DNA of 62,231 bases, counting the filler, from Rhabdomonas costata (taxonomy: Eukaryota): NCBI GenBank assembly GCA_019059605.1. It is 31 parts of 31 records of this genome, joined end to end, with 100 filler letters (N's around TTAATTAATTAA, not from the genome) between each part and the next. Parts side by side here need not be neighbours in the genome. Positions count along the whole stretch, not along the records: positions 1 to 1,913 come from JAHMHO010007458.1; positions 2,014 to 3,926 come from JAHMHO010007459.1; positions 4,027 to 5,939 come from JAHMHO010007460.1; positions 6,040 to 7,952 come from JAHMHO010007461.1; positions 8,053 to 9,965 come from JAHMHO010007462.1; positions 10,066 to 11,977 come from JAHMHO010007463.1; 25 more parts are not named here. One strand, 5' to 3'. Both the position numbers and the translations under genes were made by a program. The notes below the pieces were generated by a model. That model was not told the origin of the DNA and did not search any database. It saw only the letters and a program-made list of their open reading frames with translations. Below, one piece after another: positions 1 to 11,522 of the stretch (positions are counted from its first letter, which is position 1; every line of letters begins with the position of its first letter).

Positions 1-555
1 ATGGGTTCGCGAAATTAAAAAAAGAAGAAGAGGTCGAGTTACCTTGCGAGGACCAAATACCAGTACTAAGTAACAATTAATTATCTCCGAAAAGCTTTTC
101 CAGGCGAGCTGTACGACAGCTCCCGCACTCAGCCTGGAGACGTTGTGTTGGGGCTTGGGTTTCGATTACGCTCGCTTGTTGGATTCGACTGCCCCGCTCG
201 TTACCGTTTGTTGCACTCAGTTTCAGCGGAGTGGACAGAGACCGTCTTCAACGGGTTCCCCCTCCCTTCTCAAAAGCAGACTGGCGGGGGGCTCGCGCTG
301 TACGGACTACTTCCCCACCCTCTGCACTCCCTGGGCGTGCTCGGTACTCTCTCGGTACTCCCTTTAGCTCAGCACTGGCGACAATAAAAGATGAAAAAAG
401 CGACCCGGAGGGAAACGCCACCCCAATGATGGGTTCGCGAAATTAAAAAAAGAAGAAGAGGTCGAGTTACCTTGCGAGGACCAAATACCAGTACTAAGTA
501 ACAATTAATTATCTCCGAAAAGCTTTTCCAGGCGAGCTGTACGACAGCTCCCGCA
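1..555. repeat. Direct repeat, 428-bp period (1-127 identical to 429-555), probably intronic
   Basis: ATGGGTTCGCGAAATT...CAGCTCCCGCA occurs identically at 1-127 and 429-555; the first copy is cut by the contig start. Confidence 0.9.
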
Positions 556-729
556 GGACTCCTGGTGCGCTCCACGACAATTTTCATAGACATTTCAAAA
601 TAGCATATCTATCCTGGTTACCTGATGTCTCTCCATGGCATCATTTGGTTACATTACCTTCCAGCTTTCCTTACGCCGAACTTTGGACGGCAGCAGAAGA
701 GAAACAGACAGCGCGCGCTAAAAAAAAAC

Positions 730-816
730 CTGGTGGCTCTCTTTGTGCTGCCGCGAAGTTGCCCCTTGGCCAGTCAGCACAAGCATCGGCGAGCGGTCCA
801 TGTTGCAGTTGGCCAC
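730..816 (-). CDS. Internal exon of a ThDP-dependent acetolactate synthase large-subunit-like enzyme
   Basis: 87-nt exon bounded by caacag| and |gttttt encodes VANCNMDRSPMLVLTGQGATSRQHKESHQ, matching the ALS N-terminal motif GVANA.lD..P.v.lTGQ....r.hkESHQ. Confidence 0.8.
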
Positions 817-1913
817 CTGTTGGAGTGGCGGGAACCCAGTACTCGAAGAAGCTGCGCATGACAGCCGTGCACACATTGACCCGGTGCCCATGTGTGCTTT
901 GGGTTCACCCCCTTTTACTAACGGACCATTGGACATCACGATGGTCACAGTTTAAGAAATAGCAGCGCACACACAAGGAGCACAGGCGAAAAACAACGTG
1001 CAATGGAGAGCAGAAATCAGAAGGACAAGAGACGGGAGAAGCAACACCACGCCAGAAGAAGAGGGTGGGACTGACGCGAGACGAGCGAACCCACTGTACG
1101 CTTCCTTAATGACAAAACCGCCAGGCGCTGGGGTGTGTGTGTGTGTGTGAAGGTATGTGTGTGTGGCACATTGCGCGCTGGCTGTTGCCTCTTTGACTGT
1201 TGGTGACCACTGACGGGTGCACGCGCTGTTGGCCGCGGGTGGTCGCGAGAGGTACCGCTGGAGCGAACGTTGCCGCGGGGAACCGAAACCGGTTCACCGC
1301 CTAACGTTCCACATCTGGTAACTTCCCTTCTTCCTCACGGGTCCCGGACCATTGTCGCGCAGCTGCATTTTCCAGCGGCTACCTGCATTGCTCCATTGTT
1401 GCTCAGGTCTCTGAAACATCTCATTCCTTCTTTGGGAGGCTGGGGCCTTTGCTCATGGGAACTTGGAGCTTTTCTTTCGGATGGTTTGAACGGGCAGCAC
1501 AGGCGTTGCCGTGCCAGCACATCACTCTGTAGTTGCGTTGCGGGCTGTTCCTGCCCTCTTCCGCTGAATCTCCTCTACATCGGGGTTGCCTCACTGACTC
1601 TTTGCCCTGGTGCGTCTGCGAGTACTGTCGATGGTAGCATGACTGATTTCTTGCGATGCTCGATGGTCAGTTTGTGCCTCTGCGCAGTGGGTCCGACTCT
1701 ACGCGGGTTCGTTCCAGGCGCCCCTCCCTCACCGTTAGAACCTGCATGCCATCCCGTGCAAGCATCGCACTCCTGAGGCACGCGTGCTCGTCTTCCCCCT
1801 TCTTTCGGCTGCGGCTTTCATGTCTCTCCCCCGGGAGTCTCGGGGGCCGTCGGCCTCTCCTGCTCTGCGTCTCTGTTCTCCCTGGATGCTCCGTTCTTGA
1901 TCCCCCCACCACC

Positions 1914-2013
1914 NNNNNNNNNNNNNNNNNNNNNNNNNNNNNNNNNNNNNNNNNNNNTTAATTAATTAANNNNNNNNNNNNNNNNNNNNNNNNNNNNNNN
2001 NNNNNNNNNNNNN
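1914..2013. other. Artificial contig spacer (first of 30): N44-TTAATTAATTAA-N44
   Basis: An identical 100-nt six-frame-stop linker recurs about every 2.01 kb, separating 31 contigs of about 1.9 kb. Confidence 0.99.
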
Positions 2014-3377
2014 GTGTGGTGTGTTTGGTTTGTTGGGTCAGCCCTAGGACGTTGAGTTAGAGGACAATGAGAGTAGCAGCCTTTAGCGGAAGGGATTGTG
2101 TCAGTGCAGTGTCAGCTCCTAGCATCCGTCTTTTTCTTTGCGCATGTGTGTGTGTGTGTGTGTGCTTTGTGCTATCTCGTCATATCTTCCTGTTCCGTCG
2201 ACTTTGGAGCGTTCCCGACTTCCACTGTTTGTGGGGAGCGAAAGCGTTACTATGCTCCTGGCAGTTTATTGTAGCTCTCTCTCTCTTGCCATGAATGTTG
2301 CTGCGTTCTTTGTGCGTACATGGATGTATGCGTTCTCTTGACCATCGTGCCGGTAGTGCTAGAACGAAGGCTTTTTTTCTTGTGCGTGTGCAGTTGGAGG
2401 TGTTCAGTGCTCGATATTTTCGTGTGCGCACACCCACAGACAAGCGATTTGGGCGCATTACGTGCATCTCATGGTGCTGGACTGCGTCCACTCATTTTTC
2501 TGAGGCGACGATGGATTGCCGTTTTCTGGTTTTGTTTGTTTCTCATCTTATTTTCTAGGTGGCAAGTGCTTTTCATGTCCAGCGTTGAGACTGCGACAGG
2601 CGTTTCACGCACCTTCGGCCACGCGTTACAGTTTGGGAGGATGCACTGCTCACGTGCATTTGTGTTGGTGTAGTGTCAAATGAGTCCGTGCGTTGGTTCA
2701 AGTGCACGTCCACGGAACGGTGGACGAGATGTGCCTTCCACGCACAGAGTGTCCTCCCTTTCATGCCGCTTGTGTGAATGTGCTTAAATGGTTTCTGTTT
2801 CCTTGTGACCCTGGTTGTGCTTGGAATTGCTTGGTACTCAGTTCTACTGTGGAGGATTTTTCTATGTAGTCTTTCTGTATAGTCTTTCTGCGCAAAAAGC
2901 TCTAATCGTAGCCGCCAAAGAAATTTTAGCAGATGGGCAGATGTGCTAAGTTTACGTCTGTGTTTTTGGATACGCGTGCTCTTTTGACTTTGAAAATCGG
3001 AAAAAGACGGAAGCCTAGGAGCATTTGAGACATTTTATGCGCTAGTATTTTGCCGGTGAATACAAAAATAGCACCATAGGGTCAGCTGCCGCAGGGTTCC
3101 TCTCTTAGATCCGTTTCTTTCTCCTCTTAGAATTTGGTTTGTCAACAGCCTTTGTGTGCAGAGGTATGGTTAGGGTCCCCTTTCCGTTCTGATCCGCAGG
3201 TTCGGCCGCACCGGGCCAACAACGGACTCAGAGGATTTTCCATCAATTCCCCGAATGAAACCTCCCAAACAACACCTAACACCGTAGAGCGCCCCAACCG
3301 ATATTCCCTTTCGAAAACAGATTTTAGAGAAGAGACCTGGATAAAATACGCCGCCGTTGCACGGATAACATCCGCTT

Positions 3378-3531
3378 CACCTGAAAAGCGGGCGTAAACT
3401 AGCCGTTCAGGCCCGCATCCCCATATGCTTTCGCAAAGTGGGCGCTGTCCCGGCCACCTGAAAAGCGGGCGTAAACTAGCTGTTGAGGCCCGCATCCCGA
3501 TATGCTTTCGCAAAGTGGGCGCTGTCCCGGC
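3378..3531. repeat. Tandem repeat, 2 x 77 bp
   Basis: CACCTGAAAAGCGGGCGTAAACTAGC...GCTGTCCCGGC at 3378 and 3455 with few mismatches. Confidence 0.9.
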
Positions 3532-4026
3532 TTACTTAAGGCGTCCCGAAGCGCGCGCCTTTATTACGGCTGTGGTGGCTCAGCCTACGTAAAAGGAACG
3601 TTTTGCAATAGTAGCTGCGAGTGGAAACCTGGGAAAGCATACCGCCATTTTGTCGTCGCAACGCGGCTTGGGGAATGGGTTGGGAAGATCAAGAGCGCGT
3701 TGTGCCGGCCAAGATAAGAGGACTCGGTCCTCCGAACCTCGTATTAGGCTCAGGGTTTACTGGACCAACTTTCCTTTACAAAATACTTTGCTGATTCGGT
3801 CGAGATTTAGTTGAAACCCCCTACCCTTTCCCATTCCCAAAAAAAAAACCGTCAGAAGGAACCAAAACGCACACATTGTAACCACGGTTCTTCCGATTGA
3901 AAAAACCACAACCAAACACACCCACCNNNNNNNNNNNNNNNNNNNNNNNNNNNNNNNNNNNNNNNNNNNNTTAATTAATTAANNNNNNNNNNNNNNNNNN
4001 NNNNNNNNNNNNNNNNNNNNNNNNNN

Positions 4027-5939
4027 TGTTGGGGGTAACGCCAGGTATCTCTGTGTCTGGTAGTGCTTGGGAAGTAGTTTCAGGTTGAGTAGGAGAAGGC
4101 TGGTAACAAACTCTTAAAGTAGGCGTCATGTTATGAAAGCCGTCCTGACAAAAAGCTATCAATAAATATAACAAGACAAGAACAACACAGTCTGGCACTA
4201 CTGTACAACAGACGCGCGCTTGTACCACGCTAAAACATTATGATAGATCTATCACATCCAAAAGCGAGCGGGGATGATGATATGTACTACTAAGGATCCT
4301 TGCTATGTAATGGAGACAATATGTCTCGCAATCCTCCAACTTTGAATTCTAGAAGTCGTCAGGTGAAGTAACCATGTCCAAACCAGTGTGTATCAGTGCG
4401 ACTTTGAACTACAAGGTGACCGGTAATTTGATCTCTGTGGTGGCAAGAGGAGTTTCAGTCTGGTCAGCAACTTGCATGTGGTGGGAATTCAACTGCTGTT
4501 ATTTTTGCGTCGAACTGGGAATTATTGACCAGTTCTGCATGGGCAGATGTTTCTGTCTTACTTTTGGAATAATACTTGTTTTGTGGTCGGTATGGCAACA
4601 ATAGCGCCCCATTAACGATAGTGATGCTGTTGTGCCACTTTGGCTGTTGTAAAATCTCGATAAAGGTTGTCGTATATATGGGTAGTTGATCATAAAGTAC
4701 TGCGCCTCAATCCGCCAAACAAATAGTACCACATTGCTTGTGACAACTCAGTAACTACCAACAAAGCAGTAAATCTTCTGCAGGTCGTCGTATTTAAAAC
4801 ACGATATAACAACGACATATGAATGTTTGAGTTCCAGATATCTGATGACCAGGTGTAGTTGAAGACTTCAACTCTCAAGAAGCGTTTTACATGGACGTTT
4901 GTGTGGCTCGCAAATAAGTTGATAGTATGGTAGCACACGCTCACTCGTAAACATTTCTCACGGTCATGACCTCTTCTTTGGGTTTCAAGTAAGGCAAAGA
5001 CATGTGAACAAAGCCGTTGAATTATAACTGGTGGGATGTAAAATGGTGTTTTTTGCTGCCGTTTAGCTGAAAAGACACCTGAGTACACTTGACATGTTCA
5101 CTGTTTGCTGAATGGAAAGGTCCGTCAGGCGTTCATGCCTCTTACAGCGCTTTTGGAAACACCTTTGGCATGCCCGGTTTCCACTTCAAGCTTCAGATTT
5201 CGCCTTTTTGAATGTGAGGGCTTGTTGTGGACTCATTTTCGGCTCTTTTTGGTGCTTCTCTGTCTGTTCATGAGGAGACGTATGCTCGCCAAAAATACGG
5301 ACTCATACAGTTTTAAAAGAAGTTGCATTAATTTTTAATTGTCAATGAGTCATTGAACTCCTCTTCAACAACGTCCACAGACTGATCTGGATCCCGCACG
5401 TATGTGTAGCGTGCGGTGACCTGGTCCTTATTCTGGCATGGTGAGTGTGGTTCCTTCGTGTATGATCTGCTGCGTGTGCTGGGATGCTGATTATTGCGAG
5501 CAGGTATGGAGTTAATCCTGATCTTATGAAGTTCTGCGCTCACGCTGTCGGAGGTGACGAGGTTGTGTGTCATGCAGACGTTTCAGGTTATCGTTGTAAA
5601 ATTTCTGCGGTAGAAATTGTCGTCCGCTTTTGGCACGCATTTGACAGCCTGATTGTTTTCCATGACATCAGGTAGAAGTGTCACTTTGTGCCACCTTTTT
5701 TAACCGAACATGTGCAATAATGTGCTCAACAAGCACTGTGGTTTTTTGCTGCCAGAGTTTGGAGCAATGTATATTTCCACGATTTAGGAGAAAACCGTGC
5801 AAACCTAAACTCAGTTGCACTCAAGAAAACTCAAAAACATATTCATCCAATGTGCAATCTTGATTGCACTCAGAAACGGTAAATGAGTCCTTGAAGCACA
5901 GGTCGCTGATTTGAACACTTGACAATGATCACACCCCCC
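4027..5939 (-). pseudogene. AT-richer decayed coding-like DNA, possibly a DNA-transposon relic
   Basis: Broken protein-like minus-strand frames with stops and frameshifts. VRIFGEHTSPH near 5270-5300 resembles the V...GEHxH end of WRKY/FAR1-type fingers of MULE transposases. No catalytic motif was confirmed. Confidence 0.25.
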
Positions 5940-6792
5940 NNNNNNNNNNNNNNNNNNNNNNNNNNNNNNNNNNNNNNNNNNNNTTAATTAATTAANNNNN
6001 NNNNNNNNNNNNNNNNNNNNNNNNNNNNNNNNNNNNNNNGGGTTTGTGGGGACGAGTAGGACAGTATGTTTCGGGGCGAAGGCCAGCGACGCCGCGGCCG
6101 GAGCGGGACGTGACCTGGAGGGTCGTTAAGGACTTTTAAAATGCATTTCCCATTTCAAGACCCACCACTGATAGCGCTCTTCAAAATTACTGTTACGACT
6201 CCCCTTCACGGCACCCGTGGGTGATGGCCCCCTTGGGGGCACACGGCACTGCGGCGCAGGCTCAGGAGATTTGTAACGGTTGGGGTTCGGTTTTTTTCAC
6301 ACTCTCAATCTCACCTGGTTGGACTCCGATACCCAAGCGCCCATGTCGGAAGTCATGGAATGGAGAATGCGGAGAAGATTTCTGCTGTAATAATAGTTCT
6401 AGGGGGTCCTACCCGCCCCCTCGCCCCCCATTTCCGTGATGAATTCTGGGTTGCGTTCAGCCCGCCGGATTGCCAGTGAAGAAACGCGTTGACCGTGGCT
6501 TCTGGACAAGGGGAACCCACAATTTTCACTTCTCACTTCACTGGTGGATCCGTGCAAGGTATATGGAAACGTTTCTAATCTCTCTAGGTTTGCGGGGAAA
6601 CGGGCACAAACTCAGAGGGAAGAGGTGATTGATTTGGCATTGAGGAGCAAGATGCTTATTTACACGCAGTCGTATTAGGATCCGCGGGACAGTACTTTTT
6701 CACAATAGTGCAACCCCGGTTGTGCCTTCAAAGGTTCACCGGTTCATCGTTGTGTTTGCATTCTGAGAGCTCCCAGTCTTTCTTTCGTTCAG

Positions 6793-6903
6793 GGTTGCCC
6801 ACATGCCGCAGCAGCGGCTTCACATGTCCCATCGTGTACCTCTCGAAGAACGCTAGCACAGTGTGCGCCACGACTAACTGCACCCAGACGGACTGCTGCA
6901 CGG
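6793..6903 (+). CDS. Cys-rich module exon of a probable surface/secreted protein
   Basis: ttcgttcag| ... |gtacgc; 111 nt, phase 1-1; encodes LPTCRSSGFTCPIVYLSKNASTVCATTNCTQTDCCT (6 Cys, one N-A-S sequon). Confidence 0.65.
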
Positions 6904-8059
6904 GTACGCTTTTGGCCTCCCACCCATCCCGATCCCTCCCCGTTGTCAACCCCGAGGTGAAGGTTTTCAACGCGGTTGCCGCACTCCGTCATCGTGTGTC
7001 CTATTGCCCTCACAGGCACTTTGGGCTTCGCTGCAAGTTACTACCTCGCCATTACGCTCAACTGGGTGTGACCGTTGATACGTTGACCCCCATCCCATGG
7101 CATGGCATGCCAAGTTCTGCCAAATTAAATACCATTACCACCAGCCTTTGACTTCCGAACTCTTCGAACGTTGCAAAACTCTGACTGTATTTCTTACTCC
7201 GGTTTCCGGAGTGTTTTACTGATTGCTGCTGCTGCTTGCATTCTCATTTGAAAATTACTTGAAGGTCTGTATTTTCTGCTGTATTTTCCAAAGATTCCGA
7301 CCCGGTTTTTTTTACAACAGCTTGTTCCGCTGGGCATATCGTGGTCTCACGCAACTCGCGGGAATCTCACGTCTGGTCTTGTATTCTTTACATACACGCG
7401 TCGGGGCACTGATTGAAGATGCCAGGGAATATTTGGGACATAGTGGCTGCACAAAAGAATGGATGACAAATTGCTGGGTGGAACATATGAGTTAAAGCAG
7501 GGGGTGGAATTGGTGGTGCCCTGCAGAGCCAAGTTGTGGGATGTCTTCCCGATGGATGGTTAATGTTCTGGGTTGTACAGGACTGCACCGCGCTCAGCCA
7601 GGCCACTTTTCTCCTGAGAATTCAGGCTGCCACATCCATTCCAGTCCAGGTTTGTGAACGCCACCCCCGATCTCTACCTCGCTTCCACCCCTCTGCCCTC
7701 TCGAAACCGCTTCAACCGGGTTTAAAGGTTTTTCTGGAGTGACGCTCTCACCCCGCCACCCTGGACCACTCCACTTTCTGTTTTTGGCATCGCGTCAGCC
7801 AGTGCGCTGTGTGCTCAACACGCACACGCACGCTCGCACATACACAAGCCCACGCCAACACACACACGACACACGACAACGGCAGGCGGCAAATCCCACG
7901 CCGCTGCCAAGCTCGTTCTCCTGTGCCTATGCCTACGCATCTCCAACCCACANNNNNNNNNNNNNNNNNNNNNNNNNNNNNNNNNNNNNNNNNNNNTTAA
8001 TTAATTAANNNNNNNNNNNNNNNNNNNNNNNNNNNNNNNNNNNNNNNNNNNNTGTGTTG

Positions 8060-8537
8060 TGGTGCAGATGAGGATGGACGCCATCATCATCTGCACCGCA
8101 ACAGCAACTCGTACGCGTTCGGCTTGGTCGTCGTACAGCCCCGTCAGCATGATGCCGCAGAGGGCGAGACACCGCGGCCAGGAGGACGCCATGCAGCAAG
8201 GCAGCATGGCATTCGCGGCGCAGTCCCACCAGAGGTGCTGCAGGTCCTCGGGTACCTCGTTGGCGCAGTGGGGGCAGCTTGGAGAATGGTAGTTCTTGGG
8301 CTCCGAGCGGTGCCGCCTGTCCTGCGTCCAGACGTTCCACGCGAAGATGGAGCGGATGACACCAGCCACCAAAGATGAGCTGGCCATCCAGCACGCGCAA
8401 GAGGCGGTGCGGTCAATCACCAGCTCGATGCCCGACATGTCGTTGGGTCGGAGCACGCTGGAGGATTGCCACTGTCGAAGGCGTAGAGGATGGAGCGGAT
8501 GACCACAGCCACCAAGGATGAGCTCGCACGCCAGCAG
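8060..8537 (-). mobile_element. Non-LTR retrotransposon (LINE) fragment with C-terminal zf-RVT CCHC region
   Basis: Encodes SIFAWNVWTQDR...CPHCANEVPEDLQHLWWDC...WPRCLALCG; GC-richer than the adjacent gypsy DNA. Confidence 0.75.
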
Positions 8538-9960
8538 TCAGTGGGAAGAAGAGCATTGAATCATGCTTACTGTCTGATAAATACCACAGTGATCTGCGAC
8601 GATCTGATCGTTGTGCGCGTTGATAGTCTCGTTTATACAATTCTTCGGCCGAGTATTTTTCACCGGCCCAAAGTCGGCCGTACTTGTAGTTCTTTCGCTT
8701 GTTCTCGTGAAGTTTGTTGGTGTTGGGCTCAAAAAAATATTCGAAGATTTCGGGATCTTGTCTGCAGTCGTCCAGCCAGTCGTCCAACATGATTTGAAAT
8801 GGTCCAGCCAAACACCGGAACACATTATTTGCGAATGTCTGCGTGGAGGTGTCCCAACACTCCTGTTGCTCGTGCATGCTGGAGAGGATGTCGGAGACAA
8901 CACTCGACTTACTCGGAATGTGTGTGATGGTAAAATCAAATTCCTGCAATCAATGTAGCCAACAAATATGGCAGTGGCTAGGCTTCGCCATGGTGTGAAG
9001 TTACCGGAGGCCAGTGTTGTCGGTGAATACTTCGACTTTGGCACCTTGAAAGTAGTGCTACCAACAATCGACATCTTCGACGAGATCCAGCAGTTTATTT
9101 TCGTGTGCGAGGTAATTAATTTCATGTTTATTCAACTTCAGATAGGTGCACATAACCAGGCAAATGCAATTCGGGTCGTCAGTCTGGCACAACATTGCTC
9201 CGGTCTTGTGGTCAGTCACTCCGAAATTCACTGCAGTTTTCCGGAACTTGGCGGATTTATCCGCTACGGACGATGTAACCGAGGAGTTTTATTTCAGGCT
9301 GTGCAAAATATCTCTTCTTCATTTTTACAAAATGGTGATTTGGTTCATGTGCTCATCGTAGGTTTTCGAAAACACAACAATGTCGTCTACGTTGATGTCG
9401 GTGAAGTACGTCATGTTAGCAAAGGCAAAGTTCATTGTTTGCTGGAATGTGGATGGGGCGTTGGTTAATCCGAATGGTATCACGGTCCATTCGAACGAGC
9501 CGAAACTTGTCTACAAGGCTGTATTTGCTCGTATCCGCGCTGATTCTAATCTGGTAAAAACCACTAGACAAGTCCATCTTCGTGAAGTAGCGAGCTGTTG
9601 CTAAACGTTCCAGCATCTAATCGATTCTCGGCAGAGTGTACTTGTCATTGACTTTGATTTGATTCAGGGCACTATAATCAATTAAGATTCGACGGGACTT
9701 GTTCTTCTTGTCACGGAACATGAAGCTCGCTCCGAAAGGAACCATAGATGGTCGGATTCTGCTGGCATCTATCATTTCGTTGAGTTGCTTCCGGACCTCT
9801 GTTTAATCAATGTGAGACATCATGTACAACATTTGTGCAGGAGGCTTCGTACTGGGTGCAATGTCAATTCTGTGGTTTGTCGATCTGGGCGGTGGAATTC
9901 AGGCTGGAAACTTGTCTGGAAAGAAGTCTCTGAACTCATTGACCAGTTCGACAAACCACA
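8538..9960 (-). mobile_element. Degenerate Ty3/gypsy LTR-retrotransposon pol (RT, RNase H, start of integrase)
   Basis: Minus-strand frames give IRPSMVPFGAS..RILIDYSALN..DKYTLPRID, FTKMDLSSGFYQI, FEWTVIPFGLTNAPSTFQ, NVDDIVVFS (decayed YxDD), FDFTITHIPSKSSVVSDILS and AHNDQIVADHCGIYQT; stops and frameshifts present. Confidence 0.92.
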
Positions 9961-10349
9961 CAACANNNNNNNNNNNNNNNNNNNNNNNNNNNNNNNNNNN
10001 NNNNNNNNNTTAATTAATTAANNNNNNNNNNNNNNNNNNNNNNNNNNNNNNNNNNNNNNNNNNNNACATTTTCGCGACTCTGAGGAGGTCCGTTGGTAAT
10101 GTCATGTAGAATGACGTGGACGTGTAATTGGCGAATGGAGTGAAGTAGATAAAAGAGCAAATGTATGGACTGTAGGGTGTGTGCCGGAAGATGAGGCCGC
10201 AGATTTGAGCCAAATGGGAATATGTTGTGTTTTTGGTGGGAAAAGGTGCGTTGGGAGTCCGGATGTGCGTGGAAGTCATTGCGTTACATTGCGGGCCCTG
10301 TGGGGTTGACACTGGCGGTTCTGGGGGAGGTCTGTGTGTGGGGGTCCAG

Positions 10350-11522
10350 GTACCACATTGAGATGTTTGCGTGGTTGGGCAAGATCACTCTGGAGACGTA
10401 CATCTCGCAGTTCCACGTCTGGCTGTGCACCACGGGCCCCAACACGAACCCGAAGAAGTATGTGGACCCCATTGGCCTCCCAATGTACGAAACTCTTCTG
10501 GAAACGAAAGGACGTATGGTCATGGGCACATGTATGCGCCCAGCCAAGCCAGTGCCCCGTTGCAGTTCACCCCGCGGCATGTCGATACTGATTTCCAGAT
10601 TTCCTGTGAACACGGTCCCCTTTACCCCACAATATCCATGTTGTGGTCTCATAAGCAGAGCAGAGGCTTTTTCCGCATTATTTATGGGAAAGGGTTTGGG
10701 TTTAAAGCGTTCGCGCCTTTTGCAAATCGTTGCGATGTCTTTTGAATCTCAATCTGGATACAGTACAGCGAGTCCGCGAGGAGAGGGGGGGGGTAGTGCT
10801 TGACGTGGCACAGAGAAGTGCCAAAGATGAAAGGAGGGATGAATGCGAATGAAATGTTGGGAAGTAAAGGGGTGTCCCTCAGGGAAACCGTTATGAGCCG
10901 TGGGGTGCATGCTCGCCACATATCTGGCCAAGGTCCACCCCCTAACATAAATGAGGGGGTGGGAAAGAGGATTGAAGGCAGAATTTCTCCTTTTTCCGGA
11001 TATGCCTGCTTTCTACCGAAACTTATCGGATGCCGTTGCTTCCCGGGAGTGATTGTATAACGTCTCCCCCGACCCAACCCTCACCACCACCAGGGGCCAG
11101 CAGCGGTGATGCTATCCCCCGTTATGACAAGATTTGGGCTTTCCATATTTGCTTACCATGTTTTCTTGTTTTCTCTTTCACCTTTTTATAGGACTTTTCC
11201 TGCGCAGGTGTCACAGTAAAATCTAGTAAGGAGTAGAATTTACGTACGTTTCCGTTCCATCTTCTCTCCCTGTGCATGTGCGCTCAGGCTCCTGAGGATT
11301 CTCCCGGAGGGCTACCCTCTGATGAACTTTGCGCTGGTCTCGTGCTTCTACATCTACTTCAGCCTCCGGGTGTTCCGCATCACCGGCACCCTGAAAAACT
11401 TCGCCATCCCCTCGAAGGACGGGTCCCGTTTGAGGCGCAATCTTCTGGCCATCCTTGTCCTGGCCCCCTCGCTGTACGCCCTGTCCCTGACCCTGAACAT
11501 GACCGCCGAGATGGGCTTCTGA
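10350..11522 (+). CDS. CASD1: CASD1 / Reduced Wall Acetylation (Cas1_AcylT) O-acetyltransferase, last two exons (10350-10457, 11288-11522)
   Basis: GT-AG splicing gives [21 protein letters not shown]...[40 protein letters not shown], the conserved RWA/CASD1 C-terminus. Confidence 0.92.

Noticed and set aside
40-130. 5S rRNA or SL RNA in the 428-bp repeat (TTAGTACTG on minus)
   Set aside because: Only a 9-nt match; the flanks do not fit 5S helices or a euglenozoan SL exon.
10350-11522. Cas1 domain as a CRISPR component
   Set aside because: Cas1_AcylT (capsule synthesis 1) is an acetyltransferase unrelated to CRISPR Cas1.
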